A stretch of DNA of 64,000 nt. Origin: Phycisphaerales bacterium. GTDB taxonomy: Bacteria; Planctomycetota; Phycisphaerae; Sedimentisphaerales; Anaerobacaceae. Location of the stretch: positions 86,641 to 150,640 of the forward strand of contig PLLP01000006.1 in assembly GCA_003141315.1 (NCBI GenBank), in the 5' to 3' direction. Numbering within the stretch: position 1 is the stretch's first letter; every line of letters begins with the position of its first letter. Shown piece after piece: positions 1 through 8,822 of the stretch. The notes beneath the pieces were generated by a model. It ran no database searches and had not been told where the DNA came from. It worked only from the letters and a program-made list of their open reading frames with translations. Both the position numbers and the translations under genes were made by a program.

Positions 1-1121
1 TCCTGCTGGCGGGTTTGCAGGGCTGCGGCAAAACCACCACCGCCGCCAAACTCGGTCTGTATCTTCTCGCAAATGGCAAACGGCCGCTGCTCGTTGCAGA
101 TGACCTGCAGAGACCCGCCGCCATTGAACAATTAAAAATTTTAGGCCAGCAGACAAATATCCCCGTTCATAGCGAAAAGAGCAAAGATGCTGTGCAGGTT
201 GCCAAAAATGCCGTGCGCTTCGCAAAGGACAATGGTTTCGATTGTGTCGTTCTCGACACCGCAGGCCGGCTTCACGTTGACCAAGAGATGATGGCAGAGA
301 TTTCCAACATCGCAAAGGCGGTCAACCCGCACCAGATTTACCTTGTCTGCGATGCGATGACCGGCCAGGACGCCGTCAACAGCGCAAAGGAATTTAACGA
401 ACGTCTCGAACTCGACGGCATTATCCTCACAAAATTGGATGGCGATGCACGCGGCGGAGCGGCGCTGAGCGTAAAGGCCGTCACAGGCAAACCCATAAAG
501 TTTATCGGCGTCGGCGAAAAATTAGACAAGCTCGAAGAATTTCACCCCGACAGGATGGCAGGCAGAATCCTCGGTATGGGCGACGTCGTCACACTCGTAG
601 AAAAAGCACAGGAGCAGTTCGATGCCGAAGAAGCACAGAAAATGCAGACCAAAATGGCAAAGGGCAGCTTCGATTTCGATGACTTCCTAAAACAAATGCA
701 GGCCGTCAAAAAAATGGGCGGTATGAAAGATATGCTCAAGATGATGCCGGGCGTCGGCAGCCAGCTCGACGAAATCGACCTCGACGACAAGAGCATAAAC
801 AGGATGGAAGCAATCGTACATTCGATGACCAAAAAAGAAAGGCAGGACCCGGAACTTATCGATTCATCGAGGCGCCGCCGAATCGCCGCTGGCGCAGGCG
901 CACAGCCCCAGGACGTGGCGGGATTAGTAAAAACCTTTCTTCGCAGCAGGGATATGTTAAAGGCAATGAGCGGCGGAAAACTCGGCGGCCTAAAGGCCCT
1001 CTTTTCCGGCGGACTCAATATGGAAACGCTGTCGTCTGCCATGTCCTCAGGCAGGAAAATTAAACAGAGGTCGCGAAGAAAACAAATTATAAAAAGACGT
1101 GGGAAAATTATACGGCGATGA
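1..1121 (+). CDS. ffh: Signal recognition particle protein Ffh. The 5' end is truncated by the window edge (frame from nt 3).
   Basis: P-loop [26 protein letters not shown] and a Met-rich M domain ([13 protein letters not shown]) followed by a basic tail. The reading frame is open to nt 1. Confidence 0.95.
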   Translation, partial: LLAGLQGCGKTTTAAKLGLYLLANGKRPLLVADDLQRPAAIEQLKILGQQTNIPVHSEKSKDAVQVAKNAVRFAKDNGFDCVVLDTAGRLHVDQEMMAEISNIAKAVNPHQIYLVCDAMTGQDAVNSAKEFNERLELDGIILTKLDGDARGGAALSVKAVTGKPIKFIGVGEKLDKLEEFHPDRMAGRILGMGDVVTLVEKAQEQFDAEEAQKMQTKMAKGSFDFDDFLKQMQAVKKMGGMKDMLKMMPGVGSQLDEIDLDDKSINRMEAIVHSMTKKERQDPELIDSSRRRRIAAGAGAQPQDVAGLVKTFLRSRDMLKAMSGGKLGGLKALFSGGLNMETLSSAMSSGRKIKQRSRRKQIIKRRGKIIRR

Positions 1122-1432
1122 AAACAACCACTATCGAACAATATCTCGAAAAATTATCCAAATTTGCCAATACCGATTACGGCAGGCTCGTAAGAGAGCA
1201 GTTCGCAGATTCCAAAGGCGACAGCGAGCTGGCGATGCTCGTTGCGCCGAATGCCGCCGAGCTTGCCGAATTTAAAAAGGCCGTTGCGATTATGACGCCT
1301 GATGAAAAGGCCAACGCTGCGCATCTGACCGATGAGCAGGTTCAGAAAATCGCAGCCGACGCGCAGGCGGACCCCGCTAATATCGCGATATTTTTCAACG
1401 GCTTCGCTTTACATTGTAAACGTGTTTCGTAA
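1118..1432 (+). CDS. Hypothetical 104-aa protein, translationally coupled to ffh by an ATGA overlap
   Basis: The ORF start overlaps the ffh stop codon and has no competing ORF. It occupies the whole ffh-rpsP spacer. I recognise no family motif. Confidence 0.5.
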   Translation: MKTTTIEQYLEKLSKFANTDYGRLVREQFADSKGDSELAMLVAPNAAELAEFKKAVAIMTPDEKANAAHLTDEQVQKIAADAQADPANIAIFFNGFALHCKRVS

Positions 1433-1489
1433 TCAGCGATGGTGCGATTACGAATATTAAATATATAAAGTTTTTGAAAGGGTAAAAAA

Positions 1490-1927
1490 ATGTCAGTAAA
1501 ATTAAGATTGGTACGAATGGGCAGGCGGCACAGGCCGTTTTTCAGAATCAACGCCGTTGACGGCCGAACCCCGCGAAACGGCAAAATTCTCGAAACAATC
1601 GGCCACTACGACCCCATCGAAAAAGACAAAAGCAAACAGGTCGTCCTCAATACTGAAAAAGCCAAATCCTGGCTCGAAAAAGGCGCTATACCGACCGCCT
1701 CCGTAGCGGAACTGCTTCTGCGAGCCGGCGTTAAAAATAAATTCGTCAAGGAAATGGTCTCCAGGCGTTCAAAGGCCAGAATTCTTGTAAGGAAAAAAGG
1801 ACTTCCATTTACGAAGGCTGAAAAAGAAGCGCTGAAGAAAAAAGCCGAGGCTGAAAAAGAAGCGTTGAAGAAAAAAGCCGAGGCCGAGAAAAAACCGGCA
1901 GAAGCAAAACCGGAACAAAAAGCTTAA
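1490..1927 (+). CDS. rpsP: 30S ribosomal protein S16 with a Lys/Ala/Glu-rich C-terminal extension
   Basis: N-terminus MSVKLRLVRMGRRHRPFFRINAVDGRTPRNGK is canonical S16. The tail carries a tandem AEKEALKKKAE duplication. Confidence 0.93.
   Translation: MSVKLRLVRMGRRHRPFFRINAVDGRTPRNGKILETIGHYDPIEKDKSKQVVLNTEKAKSWLEKGAIPTASVAELLLRAGVKNKFVKEMVSRRSKARILVRKKGLPFTKAEKEALKKKAEAEKEALKKKAEAEKKPAEAKPEQKA
1817..1882 (+). repeat. Tandem 33-nt duplication (2 copies, 1 mismatch) inside the S16 tail
   Basis: gctgaaaaagaagcgctgaagaaaaaagccgag at 1817-1849 is repeated at 1850-1882 with one c/t difference. Confidence 0.9.
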
Positions 1928-1953
1928 AAATTATTCGTCCAGAATATACTTGA

Positions 1954-1978
1954 CCCCCGGTTTTGCCGGGGGTTTTTG
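1954..1978 (+). terminator. Rho-independent terminator after rpsP
   Basis: Stem cccccgg/ccggggg with loop ttttg, followed by a T5 tract. Confidence 0.6.
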
Positions 1979-2017
1979 TTATTATCAAAATTTATTTTTA
2001 AAATATAATAACACGAT

Positions 2018-2713
2018 ATGAGAATTGATTGTTTAACCTTGTTTCCTGAAATGTTCGATGGGCCTTTGAACCACTCGATAATCAAACGGGCATCTGACGC
2101 CGGCATCGTGCAGATTGCGCTTACGAACATCAGGGATTTCTCCGCCGACAAACATAAAAAAGTCGATGACAAACCTTATGGCGGCGGGCCCGGGCAGGTG
2201 CTGATGTGCCAGCCCGTTTTCGACTGCTTTGAGCACATCGAGAAACTTTCCGGCGATAAAGGCCTGCCTATTCTGCTCACGCCGCAGGGTCAGAAATTCA
2301 GCCAGGCTATGGCTCAGCAATTCAGCCTCGAAAAAAGGCTCATCCTGATTGCCGGCCGATACGAAGGCTTCGACGAGCGGATACGAACCGGCCTGAATGC
2401 CAGGCAGGTCTCCATCGGCGATTACGTCCTCAGCGGAGGCGAGCTCGCTGCGATGGTAATCATCGACGCCGTCGTAAGGCTGCTGGCGGGCGCACTCGGC
2501 GATGAGGACTCCGCAAAAGACGAATCCTTCAGCGAACTGGCCGGCGGTTTTCTCGAATATCCGCAATACACAAGGCCGGAAGTTTTCAGGGATTTGAAGG
2601 TGCCGCAGGTACTTTTAAGCGGCGACCACGCCAAAATCGCCGATTGGCGACGCCTACAGGCCCTCGAACGCACCCAAAAATGGCGGCCCGACCTCCTCGA
2701 AAAACATCAATAA
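2018..2713 (+). CDS. trmD: tRNA (guanine37-N1)-methyltransferase
   Basis: [13 protein letters not shown] start; also [17 protein letters not shown] ([10 protein letters not shown]), [10 protein letters not shown] and HAKIADWRR. Confidence 0.95.
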   Translation: MRIDCLTLFPEMFDGPLNHSIIKRASDAGIVQIALTNIRDFSADKHKKVDDKPYGGGPGQVLMCQPVFDCFEHIEKLSGDKGLPILLTPQGQKFSQAMAQQFSLEKRLILIAGRYEGFDERIRTGLNARQVSIGDYVLSGGELAAMVIIDAVVRLLAGALGDEDSAKDESFSELAGGFLEYPQYTRPEVFRDLKVPQVLLSGDHAKIADWRRLQALERTQKWRPDLLEKHQ

Positions 2714-2840
2714 TCCTCAAAAAAAGACTTGTCTTATTTCTTAAAATTGCTATACTGCTTTGCTCGAAAAAAATGGCGTCGATTGACGCCCTTACGAATC
2801 GGCTTACTTAAAATTGTCTAATGCCGCAGGAGTGCGAACA

Positions 2841-3227
2841 GTGAAAACAGATATTATGAAATTAGTTGAGTCCAAAAACCTCAAAAAAGTTATACCGCAT
2901 TTTGAAGTCGGCGATTCCGTCAACGTCCACTGCAAGATCGTCGAAGGCGACAAGGAACGCGTCCAGGTCTTCAGCGGCACCGTCATCGCACGAAGGGGCA
3001 GCGGCATCAGCGAAACCTTCACCGTCCGCAGAATCGTCGCCGGCGAAGGCGTCGAAAGAGTCTTCCAGCTCCACTCGCCGGGCATTGTTGACGTAAAGGC
3101 AACCAGAAGCGGCAAAACCAGAAGGGCCAAACTGTATTACCTGCGGCAAAAGACCGGCAAGGCCGTAAAGCTCGCCCAGAAATACAGCGAACACGCCGCC
3201 GAAAAGACCGCTGCAACCAAGGCCTAA
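2841..3227 (+). CDS. rplS: 50S ribosomal protein L19
   Basis: [36 protein letters not shown] is canonical L19. The GTG at 2841 lies 8 nt after AGGAG (2828-2832) and gives a normal L19 length. The ORF-track start at 2814 is a TTG and is probably too long. Confidence 0.92.
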   Translation: MKTDIMKLVESKNLKKVIPHFEVGDSVNVHCKIVEGDKERVQVFSGTVIARRGSGISETFTVRRIVAGEGVERVFQLHSPGIVDVKATRSGKTRRAKLYYLRQKTGKAVKLAQKYSEHAAEKTAATKA

Positions 3228-3304
3228 ATCGCAGCAAACCGATAACGATAAAATATTAATCGTTCGCTATTTATCATTTATCGATAATTATTTATCATTA
3301 TTTT

Positions 3305-3694
3305 ATGCTGCTGCTGAAAAAAAGATTATTTTCTGACCCGAAACTGCTTGGCCGCTGGGGCGAAAAACGCTGCGAAAAATTCCTCAAACAAAAAGGCCTG
3401 CATCCTCTCACTCGCAACTTCTCCTGCAAAACCGGCGAGATTGATTTGATTATGGTCGACAGCATCGGCTCAATCGTTTTTGTCGAGGTAAAATGCCGGA
3501 TAAACGAGGACTTCACGCCCGCCGAAAATCTCATCACAACCGAAAAACAGCGAAAATTGTATAACGCCGCCCGATACTTTTTAAGAACCCAAAATATCGA
3601 TAACCGCCCCTACCGCTTCGACATCGTCACAATAGTCCTCGAAAGCAGCGGCTGCGAAAAAATCAACCACTACGAAAACGCATTTGTCCTGTAA
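3305..3694 (+). CDS. yraN: YraN family (UPF0102) endonuclease-like protein
   Basis: GRWGEKRCEKFLKQKG, GEIDLIM, VFVEVKCR and RFDIV motifs. The position after rplS is typical. Confidence 0.85.
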   Translation: MLLLKKRLFSDPKLLGRWGEKRCEKFLKQKGLHPLTRNFSCKTGEIDLIMVDSIGSIVFVEVKCRINEDFTPAENLITTEKQRKLYNAARYFLRTQNIDNRPYRFDIVTIVLESSGCEKINHYENAFVL

Positions 3695-3750
3695 AGAAAC
3701 TTTATTTTTGCCAATCCGCATTTTACAAATCACCAACCACCGATTAAAAT

Positions 3751-4539
3751 TTGCCATCTATGGAATTGATTGATACACATTGCCATTTGACCTTCGAGCA
3801 ATTAGCAGGCAGCGTCGATGCCGTTTTGCAGAGGAGTATCGAGGCCGGCGTGTCGAGCTGGATTACTGTCGGCATTGACCTGAACGAAAATAAAAAGGTC
3901 CTGGCTCTATCTGAAAAATATGCAAACCTGTATGCCGCCGTCGGAATCCACCCGCACGAGGCAGCGAAAACACAGGACGCCGACATGGAAAATTTGAAAC
4001 AATCCGCAAAACATCACAAGGTCGTTGCAATCGGCGAGACGGGCCTCGATTACCATTACGATTTTTCTCCCCCTATCGACCAGGCCCGAATTTTCAAGGC
4101 ACAACTGCAGATTGCCGCCGACCTGAATTTGCCCGTTATCATTCACTCGCGAGAGGCCTTCGACGACACCCTGAAAATTCTAAATGATTATCGAAGCAGC
4201 CTGAAAAAGGTCGTATTCCATTGTTTCAGCTATAGCCCCGAGCAGGCGAAAATTTTACTGGATTACGGCTGCTTTTTATCCTTCACCGGCGTCGTCACCT
4301 TCAAAGGCGCCGAGACTACCCGGCTGTCGGCCAAATCGACGCCGCCCGAAAGATTGATGATTGAAACGGATTGTCCTTATATGACGCCAGCGCCGATGAG
4401 AAAGCAGAAAATCAACGAGCCTGCGTTTCTGGTTCATACCGCAAAATTCATCGCTGAATTGAAGCAAGTTCCCCTCGAAGATTTCGCAAGCGCCGCCGCC
4501 TCCGCCACCCGCTCCTTCTTTAACCTCACCAAAAAATAA
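3751..4539 (+). CDS. tatD: TatD family metal-dependent hydrolase/DNase
   Basis: LIDTHCHL start; also GIHPHEA, AIGETGLDYHY, VIIHSREA, FHCFS and ETDCPYM motifs. Confidence 0.9.
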   Translation: MPSMELIDTHCHLTFEQLAGSVDAVLQRSIEAGVSSWITVGIDLNENKKVLALSEKYANLYAAVGIHPHEAAKTQDADMENLKQSAKHHKVVAIGETGLDYHYDFSPPIDQARIFKAQLQIAADLNLPVIIHSREAFDDTLKILNDYRSSLKKVVFHCFSYSPEQAKILLDYGCFLSFTGVVTFKGAETTRLSAKSTPPERLMIETDCPYMTPAPMRKQKINEPAFLVHTAKFIAELKQVPLEDFASAAASATRSFFNLTKK

Positions 4540-4587
4540 AAATCGCACTCCCCATACGTCGGGATTTGTCAGGTTAAGGAGTATTTA

Positions 4588-6030
4588 TTATACATCATCG
4601 TCTTTAAGATCTGGCTGACCAGGCAGTTTCAAAAATCGGGCATTAAATAGGTCATATCTGCTAGATTGCATCCATACCCCTACGCAGGCTTCCTGCCAAT
4701 GCTGCCAATATTGCCAAAACCTAACACTTATTGCTGACATTTGAGGAAATACAAATTTGATTACACCATCGGAATCACCAAAAAGATTGAGCGTGAGAGA
4801 CCTGAATTCTTCAGGTTTTGCAAGACACCAGTAAGGCAAAACATCAAAAACTAATTGTTCCCGTTTCATCAATGCTTTATTACAATTGGTTGTTTGGCAA
4901 CATACTCTGAACTCAACCATGGAAGCCAATAAATTGGACATCAATAAATTATTAGCCAAGCGTTTCTGGTTTGGGAAAAAACCCTTTATGAGTTCAAATT
5001 CGCTTATTTTTAAAAGAAATTTAAAGGGTTCTTTTATATCAACCTGCAAACCTCCTGGTGGGTAATGAGCAGAACGATTTTGTAACCAACTTACCTCGCC
5101 GTTACGTAACTCGTTCGGCATTTTCAGTATCATCCATTCATCAATCAAATCAAAAAGTTTTAAGCCGACAGCAATTGACATTCCTAACCGACCGACAACA
5201 TAAAGCATGTAATTTCCTATGTTGATTGTCGATATAAAACCACCACCCATTTCATCTTTGAGAACAGCGAGTCTTCTGATAAGCCCAAAAGACTCCTTCC
5301 AGTAATTTTTTTTACCTGTTTCGACTGCAGAAAAAATTGGAATAAATCCGGGAAGGCAAATATTTCCTGCTTCTAAAAGGGTATCTTCCCAATCTTTACC
5401 GCCTTTTTGAGCAGCCATATCCCCTTTATCTTGTTTCCATTTTTTTAATTGCTCTGGAATCGGTTCTGTAACTTCATCAATTAGTTTTCGCCATGCGATT
5501 AGGTCGTCTTGACGAATTATATCAAGGCATTGCTCCCTTAGTCCGTATTTGCCCTTGTCTTGAAAAACGGACAAAGTGTTGGGTAACTCCTTTTCACTGC
5601 ACACATCAAAAACTTGTGCAACTACTGCATCTATACCATCAGAACTTCTTGCCGCCAATTTACTTGCTAATATAGGGGAGAATTTCCCGACTTCTTCTGC
5701 TTCAACCTCATGCCACACAGGAAGAATGACTTTTTTGCCTACATTATTTTGTCGTGCAACTAAGGCGTCAAGTTCAGTTTTTGGCCATTCTTTTTTAAAA
5801 AATGATTTGCTTAATATAACCACGCCATATCTACTGTTTGCCAAACCATAGTCAATCTTTTCACGCAAATTATCTCCCAGTTTTAATTCAAATCCGTCAT
5901 ACCAAACCTTAAGATTAGAATCTCTAAGTTTCCCCACCAATGGTTCTACAAAAGACTTTTTATCTTCAGATGCATGGCAAATAAAAACGTCATATTCCAC
6001 TTTAAAATTCCCTAAATATTTGTTTTTCAT
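4588..6030 (-). CDS. TIR-domain protein: N-terminal TIR of about 140 aa fused to an unassigned Trp-rich C-terminal domain of about 330 aa
   Basis: YDVFICHASEDKKSFVEPLVGKLRDSNLKVWYD...VVILSKSFFKKEWPKTELDAL matches the bacterial TIR pattern, including the conserved Glu in WPKTEL. The gene is visibly AT-richer than tatD and comM. Confidence 0.85.
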   Translation of the reverse strand: MKNKYLGNFKVEYDVFICHASEDKKSFVEPLVGKLRDSNLKVWYDGFELKLGDNLREKIDYGLANSRYGVVILSKSFFKKEWPKTELDALVARQNNVGKKVILPVWHEVEAEEVGKFSPILASKLAARSSDGIDAVVAQVFDVCSEKELPNTLSVFQDKGKYGLREQCLDIIRQDDLIAWRKLIDEVTEPIPEQLKKWKQDKGDMAAQKGGKDWEDTLLEAGNICLPGFIPIFSAVETGKKNYWKESFGLIRRLAVLKDEMGGGFISTINIGNYMLYVVGRLGMSIAVGLKLFDLIDEWMILKMPNELRNGEVSWLQNRSAHYPPGGLQVDIKEPFKFLLKISEFELIKGFFPNQKRLANNLLMSNLLASMVEFRVCCQTTNCNKALMKREQLVFDVLPYWCLAKPEEFRSLTLNLFGDSDGVIKFVFPQMSAISVRFWQYWQHWQEACVGVWMQSSRYDLFNARFLKLPGQPDLKDDDV

Positions 6031-6267
6031 TAAGAACTTGAATTTTTCCGCCTTATTCCCAAAAGATATATTTCTATGGTATTTTACATCCTAAATTCTT
6101 ATAAGACAAGCGGTTTGGAACGCATTTTCGTAATTTATTATTGAATCCTGTCAATCCTGCTATCCTGTCTTAAAAATGATTAACGGCAAATGATAACTGA
6201 TAAATTCTTCTCTCTGTGTCCTCGGTGACCTCTGTGGTGAAATGAACAAGTTCCGCGTGCAGCGAGT

Positions 6268-7794
6268 TCACAGTTTTCTGTCGAGCCTGCGGTAGCCTAT
6301 GGCCTCTGCGATGTGTTCAGACCGGATTTCTGCAGAGCCGGCGAGGTCTGCGATTGTGCGGGCAACCTTGCAGATTTTATCGTGCGCCCGGGCAGACAAG
6401 CCGAACTCCGTCATCGCCTGCTTCAAAAGCATCTCGGAATGTAAATCGAGCTTGCAGTATTTTTCGACTTGTTTATGCGACAATCGCGAATTGGTAATCA
6501 CCTTGCCATCAAAACGATTGGCCTGAAGCCCCCTTGCCCGAACAACATCCATCCTGATAGTCTGCGAATCTGTCTGCGCCGCCTTCGAGCGAAGCTTGCT
6601 GAAACTGACCGCCGGCACTTCGATATGGATATCGATTCTATCGACCAGCGGGCCGGAAATTTTCGACATATAACGTTCGATTTGGCCGGGCGTGCATTTG
6701 CACCGCCTCGTTTCCGAGCCGAAAAAACCGCACGGGCAGGGATTGCACGACGCAACGAGCAGAAAATTCGCAAAGTATTTTATGCTGCGTTTCGCCCGCG
6801 ATATGGTGACGGTGCCTTCTTCGAGGGGCTGGCGAATCATTTCGAGGACGTGCCGCGGAAATTCGGTAAGCTCATCGAGAAATAAAATGCCGTGATGCGC
6901 CAGCGAAAGTTCACCGGGCCTGGCGTTTGTGCCGCCGCCGATAAGAGCCGGCCCGCTGGCGGTATGATGAGGCGCTCGCACAGGCCTGGTCGCCAGCAAT
7001 GCCTTGCCTTTGCCGAGCAGGCCTACCGATGAATAAATCCGCGTAGTTTCGAGAGATTCCGCCAGTGTAAGCGGCGGCAAAATCGTCGCGAGCCTCTGGG
7101 CAAGCATAGTCTTGCCTGCGCCGGGCGGGCCAATCATCAGGATATTATGCCCGCCGGCAGCCGACACGATTAAAGCACGCTTTACACTTTCCTGACCTTT
7201 AACATCCGAAAAATCAACGTCATACTGGCTTTCAATATCGAATATTTTTTCGATGTCAATGCCGGCTGGTTCAATGGGCAATTGCCCGGACAAAAAGCCC
7301 GTCGCCTGCGCTAATGAACCGACGCCGAAGACCTCCAAATCCTGCACGACAGCAGCCTCGGCGGCATTATCCAGCGGCACAATGATTCCCCTGAAATTAT
7401 TCGCCTTTGCGGTCATCGCCATACTCAAAACGCCGTTGACCGGCCTGACCCTGCCATCGAGGGCAAGCTCGCCGACGATTGCGTAATCTCTGGCAATTGA
7501 ACTTGCAAACGCACCGCTGCCGATTAGCATGCCGAGCGCAATCGGCAAATCGAACGCGGGCCCTTCCTTTTTTGTGTCCGCAGGCGCAAGGTTCACCAGC
7601 GATTGAGTCTTCGGGTATTTGTAGCCGCTGTTGATTATCGCGCTTCGGACTCTTTCGGTGCTTTCCTTTACGGCGGCGTCCGGCAGGCCGACGATAAGCG
7701 TTTTTTCAAAACCGCCGCGAGCGACATCCACTTCGACCTCGCAGATTATCCCCTCAATCCCTTCGAGTGCCACGCTATGCAGTCTCGCCAGCAT
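6268..7794 (-). CDS. comM: YifB/ComM family Mg-chelatase-like AAA+ ATPase
   Basis: N-terminal Lon-protease-like domain; Walker A GPPGAGKT; GILFLDEL Walker B; PCPCGF zinc motif; C-terminal Mg-chelatase domain. Confidence 0.93.
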   Translation of the reverse strand: MLARLHSVALEGIEGIICEVEVDVARGGFEKTLIVGLPDAAVKESTERVRSAIINSGYKYPKTQSLVNLAPADTKKEGPAFDLPIALGMLIGSGAFASSIARDYAIVGELALDGRVRPVNGVLSMAMTAKANNFRGIIVPLDNAAEAAVVQDLEVFGVGSLAQATGFLSGQLPIEPAGIDIEKIFDIESQYDVDFSDVKGQESVKRALIVSAAGGHNILMIGPPGAGKTMLAQRLATILPPLTLAESLETTRIYSSVGLLGKGKALLATRPVRAPHHTASGPALIGGGTNARPGELSLAHHGILFLDELTEFPRHVLEMIRQPLEEGTVTISRAKRSIKYFANFLLVASCNPCPCGFFGSETRRCKCTPGQIERYMSKISGPLVDRIDIHIEVPAVSFSKLRSKAAQTDSQTIRMDVVRARGLQANRFDGKVITNSRLSHKQVEKYCKLDLHSEMLLKQAMTEFGLSARAHDKICKVARTIADLAGSAEIRSEHIAEAIGYRRLDRKL

Positions 7795-7937
7795 ATTTTG
7801 TTCTCCGTTCCGACTTACAGTCCGCCGAGGCGGAACCGAATGAGCTTATCGAAGCCCGATTTGAAAGGGATTATTCTAATGGCTGGCTGTATCTATCTGC
7901 AAGGAATTTTGGCTTAAATTTAGATGGAACGAAAAAA

Positions 7938-8690
7938 TTAGCCACAGATTGCACTGATTAACACTGATTCTTCTTATAACTAAATACTGAATACTAAATA
8001 CTGAAGACTAATTTTAACCACAGATTAACACAGATTTTCACTGATTATTTTTTAAAAAATTAATCGAAAAATTTGAAAAATGGGGGATTTTTTGGAAATT
8101 TTTTAGAATTTTTTGGGATGAATATTTGTTTTTAGCTTAAAAATGAAGATGAGGGGTCGATATAATCGTTAAATTTTATGTATCTTACCCAGATTAAGCA
8201 CAAAATGACACCAGTTTTGGTCAGATTTGGGTCACTTTCGAGCACTTTCGGGTCAATTTCGGGTAGTTTCAGGGTTAAATCGAGTGGTTTTTGGGTAGTT
8301 TTTGATGGCAAATTTTGATGTTAAGATTGGAGATTTTGTTGTGAACAAATAGGCAATACAGGCAGGATGGACAAATAGGCGGGATTGTTTCACCACGAAG
8401 AAATTAGCCACAGAGGACATCCGCCTAGGCGGACCTTCGGCGCACAGAGCAAAAAAATTATTTAACCACTGATTAACGCGGATTGACACGGATTTTTTAG
8501 CCACAGAGGACATCCGCCTAGGCGGACCTTCGGCGCACAGAGGGTTTTTTGCTGACTTGGGTGTATTCGTAAAAAATTGCTTTTTTAAGCGAGCTTAAAC
8601 AGCAATTTTTCACTCGTACACGAAAGCTGTTCGCTTTCAATTCAAATTACAAGTCAGCAAAAGAAGTTTTTAACCACGGATGCTGAATAA
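7938..8690. repeat. Cluster of short repeat modules of the TTA(A/G)CCAC(A/T/G)GA type, including two perfect 46-bp direct repeats
   Basis: Modules start at about 7938, 8014, 8404, 8462, 8497 and 8669. ttagccacagaggacatccgcctaggcggaccttcggcgcacagag occurs identically at 8404-8449 and 8497-8542. A related inverted module lies at 6211-6241. Confidence 0.8.
8045..8340. other. Phased A/T-tract region with a 10-12 nt period; predicted intrinsically curved DNA
   Basis: gggtcactttc gagcactttc gggtcaatttc gggtagtttc agggttaaatc gagtggttttt gggtagttttt ..., preceded by tgggggattttttggaaattttttagaattttttggg. Confidence 0.55.
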
Positions 8691-8696
8691 AAATGC

Positions 8697-8726
8697 TTGC
8701 TTTTATTTCCAGTTTAACAGTATAAT
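8697..8726 (+). promoter_or_regulatory. Candidate sigma70-type promoter for the TcmP/DUF5131 pair
   Basis: TTGCTT (8697-8702), 18-nt spacer, TATAAT (8721-8726). It lies about 95 nt upstream of the ATG at 8823. Confidence 0.35.
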
Positions 8727-8822
8727 ATTGCCCTAAGGCCGGAAGAGATTCGCACCTTATTCTTCTGGTTCTATTACAGAAGAATTGAAAGTTTAAAAAC
8801 AATTCACTTGAGATGAAAATAT

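Noticed and set aside
6268-7794. comM as a functional partner of the downstream TIR gene (AAA+ ATPase plus TIR two-gene system)
   Set aside because: comM has normal host-like composition and is a conserved housekeeping-type gene. The TIR gene is separated from it by 237 nt with its own promoter-like sequence and a very different base composition. Co-transcription cannot be fully excluded without RNA data.
8253-8513. 86-aa minus-strand ORF in the comM-TcmP spacer
   Set aside because: It runs through phased T-tracts and repeat modules, has no RBS, and has an implausible composition. I treat it as non-coding.
8404-8542. Possible CRISPR array, suggested by identical 46-bp repeats separated by a unique spacer
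   Set aside because: There are only two copies, with a 47-nt interval that itself contains other repeat modules. No cas genes are in the window, and the repeat is a composite of dispersed modules seen elsewhere.
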